Part shown: positions 13,245 through 26,461 of the stretch, piece after piece | Layout of the letters: every line of letters starts with the position of its first letter | Numbering within the stretch: the stretch's first letter is position 1 | Origin: Octopus vulgaris | Taxonomy: Eukaryota | DNA length: 64,000 nucleotides | Assembly: GCA_951406725.2 (NCBI GenBank) | Contig: OX597818.1 | Coordinates: forward strand, 2,232,001-2,296,000 | Reading direction: 5' to 3' | The notes under the pieces: model-generated | Told to the model about the DNA's origin: nothing | The model's database searches: none | Seen by the model: the letters and a program-made list of their open reading frames with translations, nothing else | Program-made: the position numbers and the translations under genes

Positions 13245-13826
13245 TTGCTACTACTGATACTATTGCCACTGATGCCGGGGGAGGCGATACTACTGCACTA
13301 TTACTGCTACTACCAGGGTTTCTACTGCACTCTTACTGCCGCTGCTACCATGGGTTCCACTGCATTACTACTGCTATCAGGGGTTCTACTGCTGCTTATA
13401 TAAATGTTGATGCTACAATGAGAGATACTACAACTGCTGCTACTAAGAATATACGGCACTACTGCTGCTATTGTTGCTGATGATGACAGAAACTGCACTA
13501 CAGCTGATAGTAACTGGAGATACTACTTATGTTATTAATGATGCTACAGTTGCAGTTACTGCTGCTGCTGTCAGTATTATTACTGTAAAAGGTTTCGATG
13601 GAATCGACTGTTCGGTGACGCTAGAGATACACATACACAGGAACGTACCTATATACACATATATACACACGAACATATACAGTTGGCTAGTTAGTCGGTG
13701 GGCGGGCGTCAGCTGCTGACTTTTCGCCAAGGGAAATAATCACAATATTACAAAAGAGGAAACGACCTACCAGCTTGACAGATTTATCATACGTAATATC
13801 AGGGTACCTACAAAAACTCTGCAACT

Positions 13827-13862
<36 letters not shown>

Positions 13863-14624
13863 ATGTAGGTTTTAGATATTTTTTATAAAGCCGAAACAAT
13901 GCAAGCTGTAAAAAATTAACAATGTGAGTTGATGGTTAGTACTATTACATAGTATTTCAATATATGAGGATTATGATCTCTACTTAAAGAGATTTATGGA
14001 GGATAAGATGTACTATTAACTTTTATAATTTGCATTATAATATAAAACAACATTTAAAACATATATATATATCAGACAATGCTTCATAGAAACTATATAT
14101 GTGTGTGTATTACATTGTTTCAATCATGGGATTGCGGATATAATGAATCCCCGCCTTGAAGGGATTAATGAAACAAGTACGTATCTGATATTTTTTCTGT
14201 AGGTAATTGTTACTGAAACTCTTAAGTACCGAGGATGTAACCAAACTAACTCTGGTTGTCAAGCGGTGTGGAGGAATACACAAAGAAATACGCGAACGCA
14301 CCCACATGCATGCGTGCATTCATCCATCCATCCTTCCATCCATACATACATCCATGCATACATACATACATAGGAACCAGGTTTCTGTGTAAATTCATTC
14401 ACAAGATACTTTAATTATGGCGTTCGAACCTCAAGGATATGCCCTGGCACTTGCCACCATCTACATCTCTCTTCCTTTACTCAACCATCCTATTTTAATT
14501 CTGATCCCGGCTCTTCTGAGTATGCCTGGCATTTTGCCACTATCTCTATCCTACTGTCTCCCACTCTCTCTCCTCCTGCACTTTCCTCAGGTTGGGTAAC
14601 CATGCATTCCTTTGCAGTAGCGCA

Positions 14625-14744
14625 CCAGGGATACAGGCATCCAGCAACAGGACCTCCGTAATGCTATGATGGACCGTGAAGTCTGGCGCAACATGGTAAA
14701 TTCCATTGTCTCGACCACGGTCGAACAATGATGATGATGATGAG
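14625..14744 (+). mobile_element. 3' end of an RTE-like LINE with (TGA)n tail
   Basis: Encodes DTGIQQQDLRNAMMDREVWRNMVNSIVSTTVEQ-stop followed by tgatgatgatga. Confidence 0.6.
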
Positions 14745-14760
14745 CGCACCAGTTTCTATC

Positions 14761-14797
<37 letters not shown>

Positions 14798-14909
14798 CCT
14801 CTCTCTCTCCCTCTCTCTCTCTCTCTCGCCAGGTAACCTTGTATTTCCTCTACAGCAAAACACTTGTTTCTCTCTCTCTCTGTCACAAAATCAGGTTTTC
14901 TTTTTGTCT

Positions 14910-15198
14910 TGCAAGTACTTGGTGACCCTGTCAGTGCAGGTGCCACTTAAAAGCAGCCAGCCTCCACTGAAAAGTGGTTGGTGTTTGGAAGGGTAACCAG
15001 CTGTAAAAACCTTGTCAAAACTGACCTCACCTGTGCTTGTGCCACAGAAAAAGCATTAAGTCCACTCTGCTGAGTAGTTGGTGATTGGAAGGGCATCCAG
15101 CTGTAAAAATGCTGTCAAAGCAGTCACAGAAATCTGGTGCCTGGCCAGCTCTTGTGAAACCGTCCTACCCATGGAAGGTAAACAATGATGATGATGAA
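14910..15198 (+). mobile_element. SINE-like repeat ending in (ATG)n; related copies at 16134-16390(-), 22535-22895, 24600-25021, 39920-40280, 52920-53115, 54280-54595
   Basis: Shared core ...gtggttggcgttaggaagggcatccagctgtagaaac...cccatgctagcatggaa...gttaaatgatgatg. Confidence 0.75.
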
Positions 15199-15510
15199 GG
15201 TATTGGTTGGCCCAGGGCTATTTTATAAGACACACAAGGTGGAATTGAATCCAAAATCATGTGGTTGCAAAGAAGCTTCTTAACAACATAACCATGATTG
15301 TGCCTTTATCTTATTTTTTTATCTATTACTGTTTCGGTCATGAGACTGTGGCCATGCTGGGGCACCACCTTAAAGAATTTTTAACTGAACAACACCCACG
15401 CCAGTACTTATTTTTTTAAGCCTGACAGTTATTCTATTGATCTGCCAAACTGCCAAGTGATGGAGACCTAAACAAACCAGCACCAATTGTCAAACAGTGA
15501 TAGGGACAAA

Positions 15511-15553
<43 letters not shown>

Positions 15554-15611
15554 CATACATATGTGTGTGTGTGTGTATGGTGCAAAGGTGCAAAGCAGTG
15601 TTTAGGTATGA

Positions 15612-15947
15612 GCAGAATTAGATTAGTTGAAATATGTTTGTCACATATTTCAACTGCTAAAGGCAAATGCACTGTAGTTACTGTGGAGAAAAAAAATATC
15701 TCTTTTGGTACAAAGGTGTGAAAACACCCATTCATTCAATGTCGCCATCTCTCAGGAATCTCATACATCAATGTTTAACTAGAAACATCAACGCCTGAGA
15801 TTCCCAAGAGATAGTGACATTGAATGAACTGGGTGTTTTCACATCTTTTTACCAAAAGAGATTTTTTTTCTCCACAGTAACTGCAATGTATTTGCCTTTA
15901 ACAGTTGAAATATGTGACAAACATATTTCAACTAACCTAAATTCTGC
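15612..15947. mobile_element. Foldback (MITE-like) palindrome with ~165 bp arms
   Basis: gcagaatt...agttgaaatatgtttgtcacatatttcaact is mirrored by agttgaaatatgtgacaaacatatttcaact...aattctgc. Confidence 0.8.
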
Positions 15948-16501
15948 ATATATATATGACAGGCTTCATTGAGATTCTGTCTACCAAATCTGTTCACAAA
16001 GCCTTAGTCAGCCCACAGCAATAGTAGAAGACCCATACCCAAGGTGCCACACAGTGGGACTGAACCCAGAACCATGTAGTTAAGAAGCAAAAATTTTACC
16101 ACACAGCCACACTTGCACCTGTATGTATACCTCATCGTCATCATCATCATCATTTAACGTCCGCTTTCCATGCTAGCATGGGTTGGACAATTTGACTGAG
16201 GACTAGCGAACCAGATGGCTACACCAGGCTCCAATCTTGATCTGGCAGAGTTTCTACAGCTGGATGCCCTTCCTAACGCCAACCACTCCGAGAGTGTAGT
16301 GGGTGCTTTTACATGCCACCGGCACGAGGGCCAGTCTGACAGTACTGGCAACAGCCATGCTCAAATGGTGCTTTTTATGTGCCACCTGCACAGTATATGT
16401 ATATATATATATATATGTGTATACATATATATGTATATATATATGTATATATACATGTATATACATATGTGTATATATATATATGTGTGTATATATTTAT
16501 A

Positions 16502-16546
<45 letters not shown>

Positions 16547-16639
16547 GTATATATATATACACACATATGTATATATATATACACACATATGTATATATAT
16601 ATACACACATGTATATATATACATATATATATATATATA

Positions 16640-17547
16640 CTAGCAGTATTGCCCGGCTTTGTGTGACTATTAATTGCACTGAGGAAAATCGATTAATCTG
16701 CAAGTGCAAAATCAATACTTTCTTACACAATGTAGGTACGTGCGCTGGTGCGTTCTATGCACGTGCGAATTAAGCTAAACTTGGATGAAGTTCAATCAAA
16801 ATTCAATTATTTTGGTTTTAAAATCAAGCATTTAATGCCCTCTATTTTTGCGCTTATGTGTTCCATTTTCTCAATAGGAAGTACGTAGAAGTGTTTCACA
16901 AATTTTTGTTGATCAAATAATTGCATTATTGAATTATTCTTTTAGATCAGTATTTCTCAGGGATTTCTGGGGAGAGTTTCAAGGAGTCGCTGGCGATGTA
17001 TCGTGATGATCAAAAATCCGGCCTGCTAAAATTTGGTTAAAGTGATTCAAACTGCAGACTCAACGCAAAATGGTCACATTTAAAGCGTTAAAAATGTTAT
17101 GAAAACAATTGGTATGTGTTCTCAAAGTCCAAACGATTAATACGAAAAAACCCTCCAGGATACATCCCAAAAATTCATTTCTTTGCTGAATTTCTACAAT
17201 GTTTACAGCGATTCATTTTTATATCTTGATTTTTTATTTTTCATGCAATTTACGCATGCTTGCATGCGTAGTGAACACAGTTCACGTCAAACAGCTGACT
17301 GAGTAAAGTCCACTATTCAATGCATGGGATAAGGCCTAAACAAACACATTATCGATTTTTGCACTTGCGAGATGAATTTCAGAACAGAAATAGCGCAATT
17401 CAATTTACATTCGCCTAAACTTTAAGTGACCAATTTTTGGTGGTTCTACGATTTGTTGGCTAGGAGGAGATGTGCCGGGAAGTTAAACACACAGACACAC
17501 ACACAGATACACACACAGACACACAAGTTGAGCTTTATATATATAGA
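16640..17547 (-). mobile_element. Non-autonomous Helitron
   Basis: Minus strand starts A|TCTATATATATAAAG with (TGTC/TG)n and ends gccgggcaatactgCTAG|T; A-T target site with no TSD. Confidence 0.75.
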
Positions 17548-17826
17548 TATATATAATAATTGAGGGAATATTATTCCTAACTTACAGGGAAAAATTCAAT
17601 TTAGAAATACTAAATCAAATTTCACATAAATATATATATATATATATATATAAATTAGAAAAAAAACACCTTTTATCAATTCAAAATGAACAATTAAATT
17701 ACACCATCTAGAAAATTACATATAATAGAAATATTAAAATTAAAATAATATACCATTGATTAAGTAAATTGCAAAATAATAATAAAAACGTATATATTTG
17801 GTAGATATATATATATATATATATAC

Positions 17827-18091
17827 AACAATTGCAGCATGAAAGGTGTTTATAAGCCATTTAAGAAACACACAAAAACCGTTAGATTCACTTCAACATT
17901 TAAATTTAATTTGTCAAAATATTTTCGTTGCTTTGAAACCGTGACCCCTTTCACGGCATTTTGTCAATGAACAGGTCGTGGTCTCAAAGCGACGAAAATA
18001 TTTTTACAAATTAAATTTAAATGTTGAAGTGAATCTAATGATTTTGTGTGTTATTAAATAGCTTATAAATACCTTCCATGTTGCAATTGTT
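17827..18091. repeat. Foldback palindrome with ~120 bp arms; same family as 56100-56275
   Basis: attcacttcaacatttaaatttaatttgtcaaaatattttcg is mirrored by cgaaaatattttt...ttaaatttaaatgttgaagtgaat. Confidence 0.85.
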
Positions 18092-18532
18092 TTCGTTCCA
18101 GCACATGATCTTGGATCAGGTCACTTGCTATGCAAGTGCATCTCCGTAGTATATATATATGTTTGTGTGTGTGTATAATCTTTTACTTGTTTCAATCATT
18201 AGATTGCAGCAATCCTAGGGCACAACCTAGGTAGATAGATTTTCTAAAACTTAAATAGATAAATGGGCTATGTTTTAATATTAAGAGGGAGTAGGAGTAG
18301 AATTGGTGTGAGAACACTATAGCTACGTGAAGTGGTATATATGTATACATGCATATGTGCAGTATGTGTAGTTAGATACATATATATGTATGCATATGTT
18401 TATATATCATTTTGATCAAAAAGTATTGGGTAAAGTGGGTTTATACCAATTTTTAAAGTTCCAGGACAAGTTTGTCATAGAATTGGCTTCTCTAAGTCTT
18501 TACAATTTAAAGAGCCACAATTTTTCCCAATA

Positions 18533-19750
18533 TATTGTGTTGGCAACTAAGTTCCCACTGTTTTTTTAAATTTAAATTTTTTAAAAGGTTTAATAAAAAT
18601 AACTAATTAATCAATAAACGTATTCACCCTTGTTGTTTACAACTTCTTCCCAATGTTCAACAAGATTTTCAATATCTCGTTGGTAGAAATCACTTGATTT
18701 CGACTCAAAAAATTGATCCAACCAAGCTCTCAATTCTGCATCAGTATTGAACAAAGCTCCGCACATAGCATTTGAAAGAGATCGAAAGAGGTGGAAATCT
18801 GTTGGTGCCAAATCAGGAGAGTATGTTGGGTGTGGCAGCACTTCCCAGCCATGCGTTTGAATGGCTTCTTTGGTCATATTGGCGATATGAGGATGGGCGT
18901 TTTCGTGCAGCAGAACTCCATACTGCTGATTAGGTGTCTTTTCTCGAATAGCCGTGTTGAGTCATTCCATCTGTTGAACATAGACTTCTGCGTTGACTGT
19001 TTGGCTCCATTCAAGCAATTCGTAATGGATAATCCTTTCCCAGTCCCACCATATGCACAACATCGTTTTACACAGATGAAGATCTTGTTTCACGTGCGGT
19101 GTCGCTTAAGGAATTCCTTAAGCTGCTTCATATTGATGTACAGGCACCATTTTTCCTAGCCAGAAATGATTTGGTAAAGAAATTGTTGCTTGTGTCCATG
19201 AGTTGAGCGGTGACAAGCAAGCAAACCAGCAGAGATTGTGGCTCATTGATTTTTGTTGTTGTCACTTAAAGCATGCAGAACCCATGCTCCATACTTCTGA
19301 ACCTTTCTCATTGAGGAAAGATGCTTCTCTATAGCAGTGTAGGAGCATTCCATTTTCTCTGCCAGTTCCCATGTCGTTTGACAAGAATTTTCATGCAAAA
19401 GTTGGTTTAATCACTCATCATTGAACTCAATGGGATGGCCAGAACAAGGTGCATCTTTGAGGTCAAAATTTCCATTTTTTAACTTGCTCCACCAATTACA
19501 AGTGGTTCTTTCAGCTATGGCACCCTCTCCATACACAGCACAAATGTCATGAGCAGCTTTTGTAGCCTTAGAACCTTGATCAAAAGCAAAAAGAAGGAGG
19601 TGTCAAAAATAATGATCTGAAAATAAACAAAAATTAACTAAAATTAACTAGAAAAAAAGCAAAAATCAAAATAGATTCCAAAATGATTCAAAAATAGAAT
19701 TCCCAAAGAAAATAGATTCCAAAATTTAAAAAAAACGGTAGGAACTTATA
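18533..19750 (-). mobile_element. Mariner DNA transposon, degenerate
   Basis: Minus-strand transposase remnants AAHDICAVYGEG, GAWVLHAL and HPTYSPDLAPTDFHLFRSL; TIR-like ttgtgttggcaactaagttcccactgttttt next to TA, with a decayed partner near 19730-19750. Confidence 0.88.
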
Positions 19751-20044
19751 GGTGAAGCTGCCCAAGCGTAATCTTAGAACTTATTTTAAAACTGCAAGAA
19801 ATTTTTTAATACTAGCCAGTCATCTGTGATTGGACAATTACTAGAGGCATCATCTCATTATTTGGGAAGAGTTCACAATGGGTATCAAAACTTTGTGGAA
19901 GCCCTGAATCAAAGCTTATGTGATTTAGAGAAATTCTGAAATATTAATGGATGATGTACTATCAGGAGACTTTTGCCAGAGTTTTACCTTTCATTCCAAT
20001 GGGCACCAAAGCAAACAAGTAACAGCTAACTTGAAGTCATCTGA

Positions 20045-20400
20045 CAAGAATGGGCTGAAAAGTTCATAGGCTGACTATGAAAGAGTGACTCTTGAGCTGT
20101 GAAATCTTGGATGCATGGGTTTATTCCCCAAGGACATTCATGCTCACATAGTTGCTACATTAGGGGATGACACTCCAACTTTATCAACAGTGCAAAAATG
20201 GATAGCTGAATTTAGGATGAGAATGGAGACTATTGAAGATGATCCAAGGTCTAGACATCCTGCTACCACCTAAGAAAACATTGATTGTGTTCACCACATA
20301 GTGGAGAGAGTTGAGAATATTCTGCACAATGAACTTGGCATGATGAAAGTTTCTACTCAGTAGGTGCCACATCTGACACCTGATAAAAAGTTCACCAGGC
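20045..20400 (+). mobile_element. Truncated mariner of the 57727-58811 family (copy at 37446-37800)
   Basis: TIR-like ggctgaaaagttcataggctgac and remnant LGDDTPTLSTVQKWIAEF...EDDPRSRHP. Confidence 0.75.
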
Positions 20401-20989
20401 TTCTAAATACCTTTAGAAGATAGTAAAATGTGGTCAGTAAGCTACTGCAGAGAATCGAACCCTGTACCTCATAAATTCTGGCTTAGTGCTCTGTACCATT
20501 AAGCTAAGCAATCCCTCTCTTCAAAATTTATTAGAGTGTATTGTAGAAATCATTTGAAATCCAAAAGAAACAGAACTATACTTATAAGTATTTCAACAGA
20601 CTGAAACCACTTGGACTGTCACCTCGCACACTCAAATTGAAGAAAGGATCCCCAATTATTCTTTACAAGAATAGATGCTCCACATTGATGCAATGCTACA
20701 CTGTTGACAAAGTCTTGGATAAACATCCCCAAATAGCTTTATATCTTTCATTTTTGCAAATATTTCTTCAGATATGATTCATCATCATTATCATCATCAT
20801 TTATCATCTGTTTGGACAGTTTAAATGAAAACTGGTAAGCTGGGGAGCTGCACCAGGTCCCTATTTGACATGTTTTCTATGACTGGATGTTTTTCCTAAT
20901 ACCAACCACTCCAAGAGAATAGTAGGTGCTTTTTACATGCCACTAGCACATCTCCCCCTATACATATATATACATATACATGCACGCAT

Positions 20990-21115
<126 letters not shown>

Positions 21116-21597
21116 GGTGGCTGCCCCCTCGTTATCGAGTATGGCCATTACACAAAGCTTAATCAATGTTGTTATCGTGCAATGCCTGTGCAAGATTTTT
21201 TTAAAGTGAGGTAAGGCTGTGCACTGAGTTAATCCCACTCAATAAACAACAGCAGCCATAATCCGAAAAGAAGAACAAGTCAACATCATCGGTAACTACT
21301 GAGCCACAGGTTTTATGTCGGAGTTATCCCAGTTACCTGAGTTACCTTCTCCTAGAAGGATGCCCTAACAAAGGCTAGGAGTCCTTCACTCCCAATGGTT
21401 TAACCGCGCGATCGGGTATTCAGTCCGATTATTTCTATGTCCCCGCGCATGATACTGCCTTAAGACATTTATTGGATGGCCGTTGACTTTCAAGAGTTCC
21501 TCCACCCTTTGACGGGTTTTGTTTTTCATCCCGCAGGGTGTCCAATAAACACCCTCCTCACCAAGCAAGCTTGGTGGGGTTGCCGGTTTAGTCGCTG

Positions 21598-21652
<55 letters not shown>

Positions 21653-21757
21653 TACACACACATATAGAAACACACATATACACATATATTTCTATGTGTA
21701 TACATGTGTGTATATATATGTATTTATATATATGTATGTATATGTGTGTATGTATAT

Positions 21758-22430
21758 AAGGCTAACTGGGAAGATAGTTTTTGTATGTGGCAGATGCTCA
21801 GGAGCAATAAACACTGAAAATGTGCAGAGAACAACTTCTGCCACATTCAAAGGAAAAAAACTAGAGGTAGTTGATACCTTCTGTTACCTAGGTGACCAAG
21901 TCAGTAGCAGTGGTTAGTGCACTGAAAGTGTAGCTGCTAGAATAAGGATAGCCTGGGCAAAGTTCAGAGAGCTCTTACCTCTGCTGGTGACAAAGGCCTC
22001 TTGCTCAGAATAAAAGGTAGACTGTATGACGCATGTGTATGAACAACCATGCTACATGGCAGCGAAACATGGGCCGTGACTGCTGATGAGGACATGCGTA
22101 AGCTTGCAAGGAATGAAGCCAGTATGCATCGCTGGATGTGTAATGTCAGTGTGCATACTTGACAGAGTGTAAGTACCTTGAGAGAAAAGTTGAACCTAAG
22201 AAGCATCAGATGTGGTGTGCAAGAGAGACGACTGCACTAGTATGGTCATGTGGCAAGAATGGATGAGGATAGCTATGTGAAAAAGTGCCACACCCTAGTG
22301 GTTGAAGGAGCCTGTGGAAGAGGTAGACCCAGGAAGACCTGGGGTGAGGTGGTGAAGGACAACCCTCACCGAGGCAATGACTAGAGAATGAGAACTTTGG
22401 AAATATGCTGTGCTTCAGAAGACCCGGCAA
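21758..22430 (+). mobile_element. RTE-clade LINE 3' fragment (copy at 39143-39815)
   Basis: KKLEVVDTFCYLGD...ARIRIAWAKFRELLPLL...MLHGSETW...YGHVARM...RGRPRKTW. Confidence 0.85.
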
Positions 22431-22940
22431 GTCAAGTATAGGCCACAGGTGTAACCAGCCACCTTTCCTTCACTGGACACTAAACTCTGCTTGCGAAGAC
22501 CTGTTGAAGCAAGTGAAATCGAAATTGAAATCAAATTTGATGACTGGCATCTGTGCTAAGAGCACCATCCAAGCATGATTGTTGCCAGAGCAGCTGACTG
22601 GCATGTGGAAAGCACCATTTGAACGTGATTGTTACTAGCGTTACCTTACTGGCACTTGTGCCAGTGGCACATGGTAAGATTGCAGCGAGGTAAGATTGCC
22701 ATGGTAAGATTGCCAGTGCCACTGGACTGGCTCCTGTGCAGGTGACACATAAAAACACCATTTGAGCATGTCTGTTGCCAGTACCACCTGACTGGTCCTC
22801 GTGCCAGTGGCACGTAAAAGAACTCACTACCCTCTCGGAGTGGTTGGTGCTAGGAAGGGCATCCATCCAACCCATGCCAGTACAGGGGTTGGACATAATA
22901 ATGGAAACACCTTAAAATTTCAAGCAAATTTATTTTAATA

Positions 22941-24592
22941 CTAGCAGAGTTACCCGGTGTTGCCCGAGTTGCATACAATTGAAGAATTAGACTTTTCTGT
23001 TATATTTTCTGTAATGAACTGGAATACCTATGTTTCAAATTTCATCAAAATTGCAGATGAGGGTTATTTCCCTCTTTACACACCTAAACAAAATTGTAAT
23101 CATGCCACATATATCCCATACTACTGATTTTTATTTGCATATTCCAAAATTCCAAGTCTTATAGAACCTGTTAAAAGTGTCTTGCTCCTGAAAAATGGAG
23201 GTCATGGAGATCTAAAATGTGAGAGTTAACGCCCCAATTGGGGGTGGGCATCTTAATGTCAACCAGAGAAGTTGAATTGTTGAGAATCAAAAAGATTCTC
23301 AACAATTCAACTTGGGTCTTATATCTATTGTTTGAATTTCTTTAAAATAGGAAATATATGTTCACTGGGTTTGTAAAAGAGAGCAAAGCTACAGGAAACC
23401 AAAAGACGAATGATCACAATAAGCAGTCAGCTAGAGTACCCTAGTCGTTTGCACTCCCAATATAGGATTCCTCACCATGCAGGTGACAGGCACAGCCGTA
23501 AGATGCATTATAAATCTATAGCAATTGGAAGGGCGTGACCCAACGGAAATAAACATTAACAACTGTGTGACGTGAGAGCTAAGGAGAAATGAAAGTTGGA
23601 GTTTGCAAATGACCACTATACTTATACGTAACTGGACAGAATAAATATACAATCTATAAATGTCTTTGAATAACCAGTCACTCATCTGGGAAGGCCTTGA
23701 AATCAATGTTACCATGTGTGACCCAGTGATAATAAAAAGACTGAAAGGAGATCTGCAATCAAATAACTTTACTCAACACTTTGCAACTGAATCAGTGGCG
23801 GCAAAGATGCCTCTCATTTATTTGACAATTTATGCAGCACATTGCAGAAATCACAATCTAAGTGTATGTCAAAGCAAACTGTTACACTGTTGTACCATTG
23901 AATTACAAATAATGCTCATCTATACTCGGATGACCCCACAGCTTCCAAGAGTACAACTATTCGTCTTTGCTTAGATAGAATGACAAAATTGTGGATGTTA
24001 AGTCCCCATGAAGGAGTCTTTCTAACTTGTAAGATGAAATTTTATAAATATTACTTTATTTGTATCTAATATCTATGGTTAAAATTTCATCAACAGCAAA
24101 AGTATATTGTCATGGAGGTTGTGGCCTTTATGCATAGAATATAATTTCCAAATTTCATAAAGATCCATTCAGTACTTTTGACTTAGTTTTGGATCATAAA
24201 AGAAATGACTAAAATTTGGGAGTTAAGGCCCCTATTAGGGTGTCTTAGAATCCTCTTGTGAAGTGGAAACTTTGAGAATACTTCTTGATGTGTGTCAACC
24301 CATGGTTGAAATTTCATCCACATCAAAAGTTTATGAATTTTCATGGGGGGTTCTGCCCCCTTTAAGCTATCTGAAATTCAAACCAAACATATTGCATTAT
24401 ACCCGCCCTTATGCAGTGAATCTAAGTTTCAAATATCATAATTTGAATACCATTCAGTAATTTTGGCCCATGAAATTGTATGAAACACACAGCATTACTC
24501 TTCTCTCTGGACTTCGATTTTGTGTTCCAAATTTCATTATGATCAGTGCAGCAGTTTTCGAATGTATAAGACATTGTCTTTGATATAATAAA
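22941..24592 (-). mobile_element. Probable non-autonomous Helitron (copy at ~40326-41980)
   Basis: Minus-strand 3' end ctcgggcaacaccgggtaactctgCTAG|T (hairpin plus CTAG); the 5' end is inferred from a decayed tcta.tatat.aaag-like motif. Confidence 0.55.
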
Positions 24593-25332
24593 TATGAATC
24601 AAATTCGGTGACTGGCATCCGTTACTAGTGGAGCGCTAAGAGTACCATACAAGTGAGATCGTTGCCAGAGCAACAAGCTGGCCTTTGTGCCAATGGCGTC
24701 ACCTTGCTAGCACTTGTGCTGGTGGCATGTGAAATATTCAAGCGAGGTCGTCGCCAGTGCCGCTGGACCGGCTCCTGTACAGGTGGCACGTAAAAAGCAC
24801 CATTTGGGCGTGGCCGTTGCCAGTACCACCAAACTGGCCCTTGTGCCAGTGGCACGTAAAAGCACCCACTACACTCTCGGAGTGGTAGGCATTAGGAAGG
24901 GCATCCAGCTGTAGAAACTCTGCCAGATTAGATTGGATTCTGGTTCGCCAGACCTCAGTCAAATCGTCCAACCCATGCTAGCATGGAAAGCGGACGTTAA
25001 ATGATGGTGATGATGATGATGTATATATGTATGTATATATATATATATATGTGTGTGTGTGTACATATGTGTGTATTATATATATATGTGTATATATACA
25101 CACACACAAAGATAAATTGATAGATACAACTGAGTGGGCAAATAAAAATATGAGACACAGCGTTGTGCTTTTTTTATGTTGATAAGCCTGGTACTTATTC
25201 TATTAGTTTCTTGTGAAACCAGTAAGTTATGGGGATGTAAATAAACGAACAGAGTCACACACATACACTTAAATATATACATACATATATATATGATTGA
25301 TTTCTTTAAGTTTTTGTCTACGAAATCCATAT

Positions 25333-25752
25333 CTCTTTACTCTCTTTTTACTCTTTTACTTGTTTCAGTCATTTGACTGCGGCCATGCTGGAGCGCCACC
25401 TTTAGTCGAGCAAATCGACCCCGGGACTTTTTCTTTGTAAGCCCAGTACTTATTCTATCGGTCTCTTTTGCCGAACCGCTAAGTGACGGGGACGTAAACA
25501 CACCATCATCGGTTGTCAAGCAATGCTAGGGGGACAAACACAGACACACAAACATATACACACACACTTATATATATATACATATATACGACAGGCTTCT
25601 TTCAGTTTCCGTCTACCAAATCCACTCACAAGGCATTGGTCGGCCCGTGGCTATAGCAGAAGACACTTGCCCAAGATGCCACGCAGTGGGACTGAACCTG
25701 GAACCATGTGGCTGGTTAGCAAGCTACTTACCACACAGCCACTCCTGCGCCT
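25333..25752 (-). mobile_element. tRNA-derived SINE, apparently full-length; related partial copies at 15200-15510, 15955-16120, 25860-26140, 49880-50030, 57540-57680
   Basis: Head ggcgcaggagTGGCTGTGTGGtaag...GGTTCAGTCCCa (Pol III A and B boxes); tail ...ctgaaacaagtaaaagagtaaa. Confidence 0.85.
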
Positions 25753-25759
25753 ATATATG

Positions 25760-25790
<31 letters not shown>

Positions 25791-26258
25791 CTATGTATAT
25801 ACACACACAAAGATAAATTGTGTGGGCAAACAATAATATGAGAGATGCTGCCTAGTAGTTTTCTTCTTTTGAATCCAGTAAGTTATGGGAATGTAAATAA
25901 ACGAACACCAGTTGTGAAGCAGTGATGAGGGAGAAACACAAAGACACACACACACACAGACTTACATATATACATACATATATATACGATTGGTTTCTTT
26001 CAGTTTCTGTCTACAAAATCCACTGACAAGGTTGGTCTGAGGCTACAGCAGAAGACACATGCCAAGTCACCACAATGGGACTGAACCCAGGACCATGAGT
26101 TTTGGAACGAAGTTTGTTACCACACAGCCACACCTGCACCTATCTATGTGTGTGTGTGTGTGTGTGTGTATGGGTGTATATATGTATATAGATATTTCAA
26201 AATTATGATGCTAAGTGTTTCCATTATTTTGCCCAACACTGCATATATATATACATAC

Positions 26259-26295
<37 letters not shown>

Positions 26296-26461
26296 CACAC
26301 ACATTATCGTCATTTAACGTCCACCTTCCATGCCGTTATGGGTTAAACAGTTAGACTGTGGTCAAGTGTTGTTCTTATATTGTTTGAAGTGTTATGTATC
26401 ATCCGAAGAAAGTTTTTTTTTAGTTATGATGTAAGTAATGTACTAGTTTATCTATTAAAAG

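Noticed and set aside
13250-13720. A/T/V-rich ORF and CTG/CTA-rich tract upstream of SBF
   Set aside because: Degenerate trinucleotide low-complexity sequence with no domain evidence
24600-24900. Repeated gtgcc.gtggcacgtaaaa units resembling a CRISPR array
   Set aside because: Internal repeats of a SINE-like family; the spacers resemble each other, there are no cas genes and the context is eukaryotic
25680-25752. tRNA-like A and B boxes
   Set aside because: SINE head continuing into SINE body; no complete cloverleaf
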